Positions 10,171 to 23,690 of a stretch of 34,927 bases of DNA are shown one piece after another. Location of the stretch: contig JNEM01013752.1 in NCBI GenBank assembly GCA_000697335.1, positions 1 to 34,927 on the forward strand, in the 5' to 3' direction. Source of the DNA: Conidiobolus incongruus B7586. Taxonomy: Eukaryota. The notes beneath the pieces are model-generated. The model ran no database searches. It was not told where the DNA came from and was given only the letters and a program-made list of their open reading frames with translations. The position numbers were made by a program, and so were the translations under genes. Position 1 is the stretch's first letter; the number at the start of each line of letters is the position of its first letter.

Positions 10171-10712
10171 TTTTGAATATATATATCGATTTATTTTTCA
10201 TCATATTTATAATACCATTAATTTTTTTTAACTATTCCTTTTTTATATTTCTTACTAAAATGAATAAATCATATAAATTTTATTTTCTCCAATCTACATC
10301 TTTTCAACTAGAATTTTTTAATATATTCTCAAAATACTCCTACTTTATTGAGATTATTTAATAATTTTCTACAAAATATTATATATTTAATGAATAATTA
10401 AATAACTATAAAAAATCATTAAAAATATTTAAATATTAAACAATATAAAAATAGTAAATAACTGGTAATAGTATCAAATATTTGTTAAATTCAGTTATTG
10501 TTTAGAAATTCAAAATCAAGTGTTGCAATAAATAATATAATATGATATAGTATTATAATAATTTGAATTTAACAATAATCAAATAATACATATAATTAGA
10601 TTAATATAATTCTGGTTACTGTATAATCTTGATATATACAAAGTTATATCAAAATATGATGTTAATTGGATATAAATGGAAAAAATAACAAAAAGAATAA
10701 AAAATTTAAAAT

Positions 10713-10785
10713 CGATTCCACCAGGGATCGAACCTGGAATCTCTTGATCCGTAGTCAAGCGCCTTATCCATTTGGCCATGGAACC
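10713..10785 (-). tRNA. tRNA-Arg(ACG)
   Basis: Third identical copy of the Arg-ACG gene. Confidence 0.97.
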
Positions 10786-11219
10786 CTGAATCAAATTCAT
10801 TCGATCCGTTGATAATTTCCTATTTCTTGAAAATTATTTCTGAATTTTCATTTATTTAACTTTGTAATTTAAATTTTTTATGTAATTAATCCATTAAATC
10901 AGTTTCTAGTTTTTATTATATAATTACTCATATTTTTAATTTTTATACTTTAAATCCTTTTAATCATTTATAATTTAATAAATATATTATATTTATTTTT
11001 AAAAATTTTTTATATTTTTAATTTTAATAATTTATAAAAAAAACAAATATAATTTTTTATTAATATAAAATAAATCTAAAAGGAATTATGTAATTATCAA
11101 TTTAAATGATCCTTAATGAGTTAAAATTATTTATGATAATAACTGTATGTTAGAATGCAAAGTAAATTATTTAATCCAATATTAATATATTGAGATCTCA
11201 ATTGTCAACAATTGGACAA

Positions 11220-12649
11220 TTACAGACTTTGAATTTGTAATATAATATAACTCTTCTCATCCATAAATTTTTCATCATCTAGTTCATTAATTAATATTGA
11301 ATAATATATCATTAGAAGATCAAGTTTACCTGTTTTGTTTTCTTGAAAATTCTTCAAAAATTCAATTAGTTTAACTTGATTTAATTTTAATATTTTTATA
11401 ATTTGATCATTCTTTTTAGGATTCGCTACGAAAATCTATATTATATAGTAATTAATTTAAAGTATTGTCTGGATGAAGTTGGGAGTACTTTAAATATATG
11501 AAAAGCTTCCCATTGAATGTTTTTTGACGGGTCTTTTAGATAGTTCATCATAAGTTTGAGATAGTTTACATCGTTGATGAGTGCTGTCATGATCTTAAAA
11601 TTTACTCGATCTAGTAGGAATTCTCCAAGGAGCTAATGCATTAATTGGTAATTAATTCATCATTATTGACAACTGATTATTACCTTTAGGGATTGTCTTT
11701 TAATTACATAGTTTGAATTTAGTATTAATTGGTAATAATGATGGAAGAACTATAGTCAACTTGAGTTAATATATGAATGAAATGATCTAGTTAATATAGT
11801 GGAATAATTTACCAATTGAAAGTTATTCCAAATAAATTTTGACATTAATTTATTATGCTTCTTTATACAATCCTAAAAATTTTTTTAGTAAATTTACTAT
11901 TAGTAATATATGAATTATATACCTTGAATAATTGAAAACAATGGCAACTGATATCCAAACTATTATATTGAATAAATTTGAAAAAGTTTAAAAATTCGAT
12001 CTCATTTTCCCTTTCGGATTTCAATATGTGCTCAAAACAAGTTGGATGCCGAAATATCAGCTTGATTATTTCGATATTGTGTTGTGGATCTTCGGACTCA
12101 TAACTATTATCAATATTGAGTTCGTTGTATTCGAATTGATATAATTATCTTACCTGTGAAATAAGTGAATAATCAAATTGGGTCTTGCGTTAAAGTATTC
12201 GATGAATTGAACATCCTTGCTCTTTGAATTTAAATTCAAGCAGTATTGAATAATTTTAAAACTTAATCGTTTGCACTATTTAACTAGGATTTTAACCATT
12301 ATTGCATATATTGTAATTATATAATTTAATTACATTTGGGTTTAGCTTAGCATGAATCAATATCAAATCATGTAGAAATTCTTCATCTAGTAACTTTTTT
12401 TCCAACTCCAAATGCTGTATAGGAGGTAAATTATAATAGGATTCTTCGTACAATTGTTCTTTAATTTGCGTCAATAATCGCTCTAAATCCAAGAAATCCT
12501 AATTTTGATTACAATGAATAGCTTCGAAAGTTTCAAACATTGCTAAAATTTACCAAATTGTTATCATATTTGAGGAAATCTAGTTGCTCTTGAGCTAAAG
12601 TAACCGCTTGAAGATGGCCAACTGGTCTTGATTTAAAAATTGACAGCAT
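11220..12649 (-). CDS. MO25: MO25/Hym1/CAB39 family kinase scaffold protein, 9 exons, 332 aa
   Basis: Hand-spliced exons 12554-12649, 12334-12498, 12154-12275, 11923-12103, 11813-11872, 11684-11749, 11489-11632, 11330-11435, 11220-11278 give 999 nt in frame; all introns are GT-AG, 50-63 nt. The product contains [19 protein letters not shown]...[30 protein letters not shown]...DDEKFMDEK, the MO25 signature. Confidence 0.93.
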
Positions 12650-14747
12650 TTCTGGCCACTAATAAAAGAAAAACTTTTTAATAATTTTGAAGTGATATCA
12701 GTTGAATTTATATTATTATTAAATCTAAAACTTTGACAATGTTTGAATTAATTAAAACTCAACTCATTTGGGTTAAATAACCAATTGCAAATTATCCTCA
12801 AATTTGATTGGTCCATAGAGAAATTGGTGTATTTTTCTTTTTGAGTTTATTTAAATTAGTTTAAAAAAATTTTTTATCAAAGTATTTTTAACCCCCTAAT
12901 ATCATAATTTCTTATTGATTTTATTATTGATATATATATATTTTCCTGGGTATTTTAGATTTTGAGCATATTTAAGTTTCATTATATATCTGTATTTGAA
13001 TTTGATTAAATTAATTGATTATATAATTTAATATTAATGAATCATAATGATCTCATAATTTGATATTGATTAAATCTGTCAATTTTCAATTTAATTTGAA
13101 TTTTATATTGAATATCATATTCAAAGAATAATCAATCAAATCAATTTAGAACTAATACAATTTAGACTCAAGTTATCTGGATTACCTCAAATCCTTCATT
13201 TAATATCAAATTAATCAATTTACTAATTATTATAAACTTTCTAATATCTTTGAGCTAAAAATCAACACAAATGTTTAATAGCAACTGCTAATTACTTGAA
13301 TATTTTCAAACTTATAGTACATTTGTTGGTGGATTGCTTTAATTGAGTTATTTGATATTCAATTTTATATATTCTTACTATTGCCAAATATATTAGCTTG
13401 TTTTATTATAGTATGCACTAATGACAGATGCTAAAGGTAATTCAATCTAGATAGCATGAGTGTTTCAATTAAGAACTGATTTAGTATAATACTAATAGTT
13501 TGATATAAGTTGTAATTTAAAATGATGATTCATAATAATATTTGATAAAATTATTAAGTTTATAATAAAATTTTAGTGATATTATAAATCCTTCATATCT
13601 ATCATTTCTATTATTATAAATTAATTAACTTTATCATATTAATCAAATTCTTGATCTAATAACTAAATTAACTCATATATAATTCAATATTTATTTTAAT
13701 ATTATTTTATTTTTCATTTTAACAAAGCTATCACAGATTATATTTAATATATTTCATCCAGTTCAATGTTGTAAAATTGTTTATTTCCATTGACTATCTA
13801 AATATTTCCATATATTAACAAAAATCGAGGTCCAAGATCATGGATAGGACAGGTCGTACCTATTACTGTAGTTAGTTAATCTCCTATTAAATTTCTTCAT
13901 ATATGATAAAATACCTCCATTGGATAATTATGTTGAACTATAATGTTAAAATTATAATTATAAATATATGTATTATGTAATTGATAATATTTACTCATTC
14001 TAATTTTGATGTAATCTATTGTTTTAAATGAATATATTATTATGAGAGCAAGTCTGGCTCGGAATATGAATAATGAATATAAAGTACTTGATTTGATTTT
14101 GATGATTAACTATTTGAAAAGAGACATTGTATTTTGAATATTTGATTTAATTTAAAATTACTAAAATTGACATATAAATTTTACAGTATATTTAAACAAA
14201 AAAGATCTATATAGTATTCTTTTTATTTACTGTAAATTTATTTTTATCCCTCAAAACTTACTCATACCTTTTGAATAAATAATTTGCACTTAACATTTTA
14301 TATTAGTTTTGAATACTTCAAATAGTCTAATATATATTTATTTTATCATAATACTTTGATTGAAAATTATTATAGATTAGATATTAAGTAGTGATTACTT
14401 GTTTAAATTAAAAATTTTAAAATAAAAAAACTATATCATAATAAAATTAAAATTTAATATATTTATCTATATAAAATTATAATCTTTAATTTTTAAAATA
14501 TTTATTATTTTAAATTAAAAATATGAATCAAAATTAATATCAAAATATTCTTAAATTTAGAATTTGATAAAAAAAATATTATATTTAAATAATTTTTGTT
14601 TGTTGAATAAATTACTTATTAAATCAATGAAACTTTGCTAATGTCTTATGATAAAAGTCTTTATCTTCCTCAATTACAATATTTATAATTAGTAATCTTA
14701 TCAAATAAAGATAGTTTGTTAATATTATTCTTTAATATGATTGCCAA

Positions 14748-14751
<4 letters not shown>

Positions 14752-14780
<29 letters not shown>
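14752..14780. repeat. (AT)n microsatellite
   Basis: About 14 uninterrupted AT units. Confidence 0.9.
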
Positions 14781-14784
<4 letters not shown>

Positions 14785-16800
14785 TTATAAAGTTAAGACA
14801 ATCAATTATCAAAGACCATAGTCTTCCATTTAAACAATAAGTCGATTATATTAATTATACAAAGAAATATTTTAATACAATTAAAAATTATATTGGTTTA
14901 TTAAGAAAGGGACATAATTTTTGGATAATATAATAAATAATTAAAGAGCTAAAAGGATGATATAAATTGAACTAAACCCTAAACGTTTTAATAAAAACCC
15001 TAGGCTATTAAATTAATTTATAATATTGAATAAACCTTAGACCCCTATTTATAGCATGTTATCATAAAATACACCAAAATTTGAATATTACCCATTCATT
15101 TACATCCAAAACTTTCAAAATTGCAATATATTCAAAAAAACTACTGGTTGTTCATATGGATTATAATAATTTAATCTTATATTTACCAAAGGTCAAAAAT
15201 TAAATAATAAAGTATATACTGTAAAATAACTATTTTTAAATAAAACTAGTAAAGTAAGTTATTTTAAATAACGATAAAAGCTGTCATATCTCGAGAGTAG
15301 TTAAAGAGCGCTAAAAAAAGGATTAGTGAATATTCCCTCACTTAGCATACTCCCCTGATCTTTTTCCTTTTGATTATAATTGCTTCAGGATTTAAATAAC
15401 TAGCTCAAAGATTACAAATTTCAAATTTCTCAAATTGATTCAAAATTAAGTGATCTGATTTCAGTCTTCAATAACAAAGAATTTGTTGGATTAGTCATTT
15501 GCCAAAAAGTAATAGCTAAGATATTTTGTAATAAGAGAGATTACTAGTTTTATTATATATATATATATCCATTATAATTCAAATTGGATTCACGATAAAA
15601 ATTCAAGGAATTATCACTAAGTGATACCAAACATAATATTTAATATAGATGCATTATTATGTTTATTTTAGTTAACTGTTTAAATTTTATTGACAGTTTA
15701 TTAATTGCATTATTGTTAATTGATATTTCAAAATTCTAGTAATCTATAATATAAATATATATATCTTATTAGGTTACAAATATAATTTTTTTCAAGTTAT
15801 GATCTTTTAATATTAATTTTTTTAATTAATATCTCATTCTTTGTAATTAATTTACGATTATTTCTAACTAATTTTAACCTAGATTTTAACACATTTTATA
15901 TTTGGTTTGAAGTATAGTATTTCAGCTGATAAAAACCCATGTCAATAAATAAATCAAATTTTGAACACTTACTCCTATAGTTAAACGTACTAAATTTGCT
16001 ATAAAAATGGTCTATAAACTATTTTGTTGATATTTAAATATATATGTGTATATATATCTAGATTTCAATAATTTTAATAACCAATTATTTATATTTTAAA
16101 CAGTTTTTGATTTTTATGTCAATAAATATTATTTTGCTGATTTCATAATTTGAAATCTGACTCCAAAATTAAAATTTAAGGGTAACTAAAAATAAATGTG
16201 ATAAAAATAAAAATTGTGATAATAAAAATTATATTCTGAGTTTTTACAAGTTTTTGACGAAAAATTGTAACTTATTATCACATAATATAATACCAATTAA
16301 AAGTGTTTTTGATTACTTGGTTAAATTATTCCCAATCTTAATAATTATGCTTAAACCTTGGTAAAAATCATTCATTCTGTATTAAATTAATTAAAGTTCA
16401 AGTCTTAACCAATAATAAAATATAATTTAACAAAAATTGATATTATTAATAAAAATCCTAAAATTTATTTATCACATTAAAAACTCGTGAAATACAAGTA
16501 ATTTAGCCAAGAAAATTAAAAATAGAAAAAAAATAATAATTTAATATATTAACTTTTAAATAATGCAATTATACCTGATTAAAATTAAATTATTGGCGAA
16601 TTACTTTAATTTGAATTATGTGATAAATTATTTAATAAAATTTAATATGTAAAAAAATAAATGTTAATAATAATTAAATAAAATTTATATTAAAATTATA
16701 TTGTAATTAAAATTAATTAATAAAAAAACCATATTATGTAAATTATAATTAATAAAAAAACAATGTTTAATAATTAAAAAACAATATTTTTACAATGAAT

Positions 16801-17295
16801 TTAAAGAGATGTCCAAGACATTAAGAGGATAGCCAAAGTGGTCGCCGTGAACATAGGTGCCAAATTAGAAGAGTCGTTGAGATTGGGTACTGAAGAAGCT
16901 GTGGACTTGGTTGAGGTGGATGCTGGTACGGTGGCAGTCTTGCCGTCGTTGACATCCTTGGCAATACACTTGTAAGTATTGTCACAGTCAGTAGAGCAGC
17001 TGGAGTCGCCGCCACATTTGGCCTTACAGTCCGATTTCTTGTCGTTGCAAGCTTGAAACGCCGCTGGGAAGGTGTTCATATCTTGTGGCGGTGTGAAGTT
17101 GTTCCCACAAGTACATTGAAAGTTATAAGTTTGGGGATCACATTTATTCACGCTGACTGTAGAATTATTATTAGCACATACTGTCGAACAAAATCTGATA
17201 TTAGCTTCGCAAGTTGAGTTGCGGACGTCGTCATCCGAGGTTTGACAGCTGTAGAGTGATGCAATAGTAATGGGGATCAAGTAATTCAATTTCAT
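16801..17295 (-). CDS. Small secreted Cys-rich, probably GPI-anchored surface protein
   Basis: 164 aa with a signal peptide, a domain of about 12 Cys, a Ser/Thr-rich stalk (ATVPASTSTKSTASS) and a hydrophobic C-terminal tail. The Cys spacing resembles a widespread uncharacterised fungal extracellular domain (from recall, not searched). Confidence 0.85.
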   Translation of the reverse strand: MKLNYLIPITIASLYSCQTSDDDVRNSTCEANIRFCSTVCANNNSTVSVNKCDPQTYNFQCTCGNNFTPPQDMNTFPAAFQACNDKKSDCKAKCGGDSSCSTDCDNTYKCIAKDVNDGKTATVPASTSTKSTASSVPNLNDSSNLAPMFTATTLAILLMSWTSL

Positions 17296-17840
17296 ATTTA
17301 ATGATAATTAATTATACCAGGAATTTGGAATAATGATAAATAGGGAATTGAATGCTGACAAGAAGCGTATTTATATTAAATTGAATCCCCTTTTCGAAAC
17401 CAATTGGCGTTCATTTAAGTTACATTAATTTCAATTGGTAATTCCCCTAATTCTTAGTCTATTTTTATTAATGCAATAAATATTGAAAAATTAACAAGAT
17501 TGTCAAGTTAGTTATGACAAGTGATCAATGGAAAAGATATGGTCATACATAATTTATTATGATAATAAGCAAAACTTCAAGACTACAATGTTTGATTAAT
17601 GATGTGAAATTTAAAGGGATAACTCGTGTGGGGATTTGAGGCTCCTTGGAATGAATGGCTGTAAATTGCTATGCATTTGGAAATTGACTAAAATCATGCG
17701 AGTTAAATGGGATCAAGTGAAACGGATTAATTATTCGGTTCATGTTACACGATTAGGAGTGACATATCGTTTGAAATCAGCCTTTCCTTTAATATTATAT
17801 AATTTTTTGCAAGTTGTTACACCAATAACATAGCTGATTT

Positions 17841-19522
17841 TCACTGCATTGGAATAGCACTATCAAGTTCTTCAGTTTTATGTTGAATATCTATGTTGCG
17901 CACCTTGATTTTGGAGTTGTCAAAATCAATATTGAATCCCATTGATCCGGATTCTCCTCCGTGTGTAGAATTTATTGATAATAATGGTTCGCTGTATCGC
18001 TGAGATGCCATGCTGTCACTCTCCTTTTCGGTATAAACATTAGTTGAATTGCGTCTCCTGAGCGCACCTAGGAACCATCCTCTACTTGATTGATTTGATT
18101 CATTCTGTGTGGAGACTGAATTGGCTCTGGACAATCGATTCAATCTTAAAGGATATCGATTTGTTCTATCCGTATTAGGAACATCTGAAGATTGTGAATA
18201 CTGTAAAATTGTAGGCTGAGGAATTTTTGATTTAAAAAATATAGTTTTCTTAATCAGTGGAGTCTGAACTTTGGTCGATTGAGAGCATCCTTGAGCTTGA
18301 TAGTCCTTGAGACTGTCCACCTCAGCATAATCTTTGCGAGCGGTAAATTTGTGTTGATCTGAATTGGAATCAGTTGGTAAATTTGGATTCAATGATAACG
18401 GCTCTGAAGGTTTGGATGGACCACTTCGGAACCAGCCTCCAGCCCATTGCTTAGCGGTGCCCACACGCGATTTGACACAGTTTTTGGCAATCATCATTTT
18501 GAGGCGAGCAACATTCTTCATAGCCCACAGCATACCGCAATTCACTAGGAATAGAATGAGGATAAATAGATCGAAGGAGCAATACCTAATCAATAGACAG
18601 GATAAAGTGAGACCTATGACTGCTTGTCGTCTGTTTTTCACGGTTTCAATTTCTCTTAATGTATGATAAGATAGCTTTGTGTCAGGAGGAGGATATGTGA
18701 GTAACGAAAAGAATTGTAAAGGGAACAACAATATGTTATTTTCATAACGTTGACAAGTTGTGTGGGCATTGCTATTTAGCATATTGATAATACAAGTTGC
18801 GCTTCCAATCGCTAGCTGGATATAGGGTTGCAGCCAATCAAGGATGTGCAACAACGTTGCGGTACTACATTCTTGGTGAGTTTGTCCCAGTCTTGGATGC
18901 GTTTCACTTGTTTGACTTGAGCTTGAATCACTCCTTGCAGAGTTGGAACTAACAGAATTCATCATATTAACGGATGAAGGTCGACTATTCCAATTGAATT
19001 CACCACCTCCGAAAGAACTCATCAAATCAGACATATGAGACGATGATGACGAGGCAGTACTGGGAGGATCCAAACCAGGTAACCTGTCATTAATCGTATC
19101 GAAATCTGATAGCGTATGATCAGCATTATGGATATTTCCGTCGTCATCTTCCGAGATAGAATGTGTTGAAGATTGATCAGGGAATGATGAATATTCACTA
19201 CGAATCAATTTGACAAGCTGACTTACTTTAGCATTCTGCAATCCGGTTATAAGTCTATCAACAAAGAAACTAAATTCCGACTCAATTTGCTCCAGATTAT
19301 CACTTTCTGCCACTAGACAATCGTTTAACAAATATAATTATGAATAAATTAAAAATTACCTTTGTAAGCTGGATAAGTGCCCAAAACAACTCTGTAAAAG
19401 AATTTATTTTGGATACTGTTGATAATATGAGATTGTAGAGTGAATTGATCCTGTTTGTATATTATCTTCCATTTGCTATCGTTTATCTCTGTCGAAGGTA
19501 TTAAAGTTGGGTATATGAACAT
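17841..19522 (-). CDS. Two-exon hypothetical membrane protein (544 aa)
   Basis: Exon 1 19360-19522 (ATG, MFIYPTL...), 47-nt intron 19313-19359 (GTAATT...CTAG), exon 2 17841-19312. Splicing joins two listed ORFs in frame (..YK-V-AESDN..). Central hydrophobic hairpin AVIGLTLSCLLIRYCSFDLFILILFLVNCGMLW flanked by Ser-rich low-complexity regions. Confidence 0.8.
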
Positions 19523-22500
19523 TTTTATAGTTTTAGTTATTGATGTTAATACCAATATGGGTTTAACTTTAGTTTTTTAAAGTACTAGATATAAGTTAGT
19601 ATCTATTTAAATAAAATACAGTTTTTCAAAGATAATAAGGGTATCAATTATGATTTAATTTAGCAAAAAAATAAAATTTATCTAACGACAAATTTTAAAA
19701 ATAAAATACTGACAATATATGAGGTGAACTTTTCACCATCCATCAAAACGACTAAATCGAGGGTACATCATTACAACTCACATCCTTATATAACACTCCA
19801 CTAGATCCAATAAGCTTTAGATCAACTACCATAACTAACTATATAAAACGTTTAACCCAAAGCAAATATATAGAATTTTTTATATAAATTAGGGTTCTAA
19901 CAATTTCTTCTGAAACGTTACATATTCTTTTTTTGTTCTCATTTTTATCAATTTTGCAAAATTAAAATATTTAATCAGATAATTTTCAGCCAATGATCAG
20001 TGTGACGATATATATTGAATTGTGATCACCTATTATTTTCAACATATGACCATTCCTATGTTTTTTCACGTTCATTTCACCTTCAAATCCCTTCAGTTTT
20101 GGTTTTTAGTTTACTAATTTGGGTTAGAACTCAAAGTTGATCTTGATTCAAATTGATTTAGTACTCAAATTAATTTAATACTCGTTGCTAAATTATTGGT
20201 AAGTAATTAATTGAATGAATTAATAATATGTTAATTATTTTTTTTGTTTAATATTAGTTGATAATTAATTTTCAAAAATATTTAAATTTCTAATTAATAT
20301 TATCAAATTCAAAAATTTATAAATTTTAACAAAATTTTTAATTAGTCAATTTGTGTATATTTTATACTCAATTTATTATGTAATATAAAATTAATCAAAC
20401 ATTCCATTTCTTTAAATTTTAATGATTAAATACAATATAAGTATATTTATAATATATTTATTTCTCACTATTGAATATTTATGATATTATTTTTGCTGAT
20501 TTCATCAAGGAATTCATAACAATATTATTGAATATTATTTGTTTTATTTTATGATCTTAAATTTTTATATAAATATTTATATTATCCAAGTGCTGAAAAC
20601 TGGGATAGTTATATTAAGATCAGCTTGAGTGTTGATAACTTATAATATTTTGATAAAATATATTTAGAATTATATTTGAAAGTTAATTATAAAGATTCTG
20701 ATCTAATTTCCTTTTTGCAGAAAAGAATGCTATTTCTCATCTTATATATTGGTATAAGAATTGATAAATTTGAAGGAAAAATAGGATAAGAGGTAAATTA
20801 TGGGTAAATTGAAATAAAAAATAGAAATATAAGGAATAACTCGATAGGAACGCGACAATACTAAAATAGTCTAATTTGTGTTCTTAAGTACATCATATAA
20901 TATATTAAGATCAAAACTAAACGAATAATTAATAATTGTAAGCATTGTTTATAACTAGATAAATATTTGCTTTCCCTACTTTACAATGTATCTTGCTATT
21001 ATAATTAATTTATCTCTTGATTTAAAATAATTAATATTTTAATTTTCAATTAACAATACTATTTTAAAATGAAATATAAAAATAATTTTTTTTATTATAA
21101 TTCACAAAAATATTAAAATAATATAAAACTATTGATATGATTTATTAATAATATTATTTTGTTAAATTTTTGGGAAAATTCAAATATTAAGGATATAACT
21201 AATTCTCTAAAAAATAACTGTTTTTTATTTATTTAGTAAATTTATTTATAAGAATTTTTTCTAAGTATATTATTTATTATATAATCTAATTATTATCTTA
21301 TAAATAATAGTTTAGAAATTATATTAATTATTTTTCCTAAATAATATTAAATTAGAGTGAATTTTATAGTTTAACTTTATTTATTTTATATTTAATTTAT
21401 ATAATCAGAATATTTTTATATTATACAAAAAATATCAATTAAAAAGAATCTTATTTGAAAGAAATAATATTAATTACTTATAAACCTTTCTTTATTATTC
21501 AAATATAAAAAACAAATATATTTTAAGCTATTAAAGTAAATTATATATAAAAATAAAAAATGCATATTTATTAAAATAATAAAAAACATTATCTTGATAT
21601 TTTGGTTTATATATTAGATATAATATAAAATAATTAATGATATATAAAATACAATAATCTATTATAACATTTTTGTTCTTTTATTATTTCTTAATATGTT
21701 TTATTTAGGTTAATTAATTTTAGTTTTTTTAAATCTTTTTTATTTAATAAGATATTATTCTTATTTTTTTCATTTTTAATTTAAATTTAGTTTTTAATAT
21801 ATTTAAAATATTTATATAGCTATTATTAAAAAATTAGAATAACTTTTTAACTAAAACAATGTTCTTTGTATTATATTCTCTATTTTCTTTATTATTAAAT
21901 AATTATTATATTAAATTAACTTTCTAAATTCTATCATATTTTAAATAATTATTTTATAAATTAAAATCAATAAACTTGGCAATATATAATTTGATTAAAT
22001 ATATTATTATTATTTTTATAAGTTTGTTATGAATTTAAAAACTTATAATTTAGTTTTAATAATACAAAAATCAAAGATTCTTGATTTTTACTATCTAGTT
22101 TAAGTATATTCAAATCAATTATTAAAATTTTAAAAAAAATAATTTTCAATTAAAAACAATATCAATATATATACATTATTAATTTATAATTTGATTTTGA
22201 CTTATTTACCTTGGATATAGTTTTTTTAGAATTATTAATATATTTGTAAAATCAGTAATTAAAAGATTCCCCATTTTTTCAACCTTAAATAAAAAAATAA
22301 ATCATAAAAAATTTATTTGATACTAAAGAACAAAAAGTAGTTATATACTTTTCTGATATAACCAACTTTCACCTATCCTAATATTTATATCCAATATTTA
22401 AATTATTTCAGTGTAACTTTGATATATCAGCTAAAATGAATAACATAACTCAAATTACAAAGTATTTGCTATGATATTTATTTCACTTGATAAATTCTTG

Positions 22501-22960
22501 ATTATATTTAACTTTAGTAGTAAATAAGAAAAACTATTTTAAACTTGAATATATTAAATTTTTGTGTTATAGATATTAACATTAATTATGATATTGTTGT
22601 ATTTTAAAATTAATCATCCATTCCAATTTGATAGTTAAACCAATATTATTTCTATTTTAAACTAGCTTTGTTAGTTTATAATTGAAAGATACTCTTTGTT
22701 CACTTTGTTTTCTTTATTAAATTATATCCAAATTCCATATCATTCATTTAAGCAACTATTTAAACCCAAAAGTGATAAAGATAGAGAAAAGTCTTTTCTT
22801 TTTGAATATTCTGCTACAAAGTCTCAACAGTAAGTTCTCAAACCTACAGTCCTGACACATTAAATAGCAGGATTAATAAATAATTTACTAAATCATATTT
22901 CGAGTACTTTTCTAACTACAATCTTTATTTACAAAACTTATTATAAAAACACAACAATAT

Positions 22961-23690
22961 ATGAAATTACCAAGTGTCTATTTCAGTTTGCTTTATTTCA
23001 CTATTGACTTAGTTTTGTTAAAAATGTCATTAATTATTGATACAGACCCGGCTGCAAATAATATTCTAGTTATATTCAATGGCTTAGTAACTACAATCTT
23101 AGATATTTGTATTGTGACTTTGACTAGTGGGAATGTTGGAATAAAAAATATGTTTAAAACCATTGAATCATTTTTCCATACTATTGATTTAAATACAGGA
23201 TATTAGCCTAAATTGGAACACTCGTATAAAGAAAGATATTTGTTTAGTTCAATCCCATTGGTTGCCTTGAGAAGTGGGAAACCAATTAAAGTATCTCCGA
23301 TTAATTCTGCTAATATACATGGAAATAATAATGTTGGGAATATGACAGTCACTAATTCCGAGTTGATTGATTTCAATTGGGGTAAAAAGTTTAGTTTGGA
23401 TCTTGCTGTTATTAACGTTACAACTCCAATCAATGAATTTAAAAAATTGAATAACCATCAATTGGATAAACCAGCGAAATAAACGTTGGCTCCAGAGACC
23501 CTATAGATGAAATATTATATCTGATATAACTGTCATCAGCATTTATATTAATCATTATGATATTAAGACCATTGACAAATATAGCTAAAGCAATTCAAAA
23601 GGATCCAGCTACGATGAGTTTAATCAAAGAGCTCGTAATTATAGGAGGTGTTGCTATAACTTATGTAACATTATCCATTAGCAAATTTTA
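22961..23690 (+). pseudogene. 3'-truncated secreted-type IUNH nucleoside hydrolase pseudogene
   Basis: Signal-peptide-like start and IIDTDPAANN (degenerate DTDPGIDD). In-frame stop at 23204-06, frameshift near 23480, then RDPIDEILYLI*...PLTNIAKAIQKDPATMSLIKELVIIGG. Homology is lost near 23690. Confidence 0.9.

Noticed and set aside
12292..12492. Stand-alone 66-aa ORF
   Set aside because: It is exon 2 of the MO25 gene plus intron read-through.
12950..14150. Patchy, slightly GC-richer sequence suggesting an old pseudogene
   Set aside because: I could not build a consistent frame, splice model or motif.
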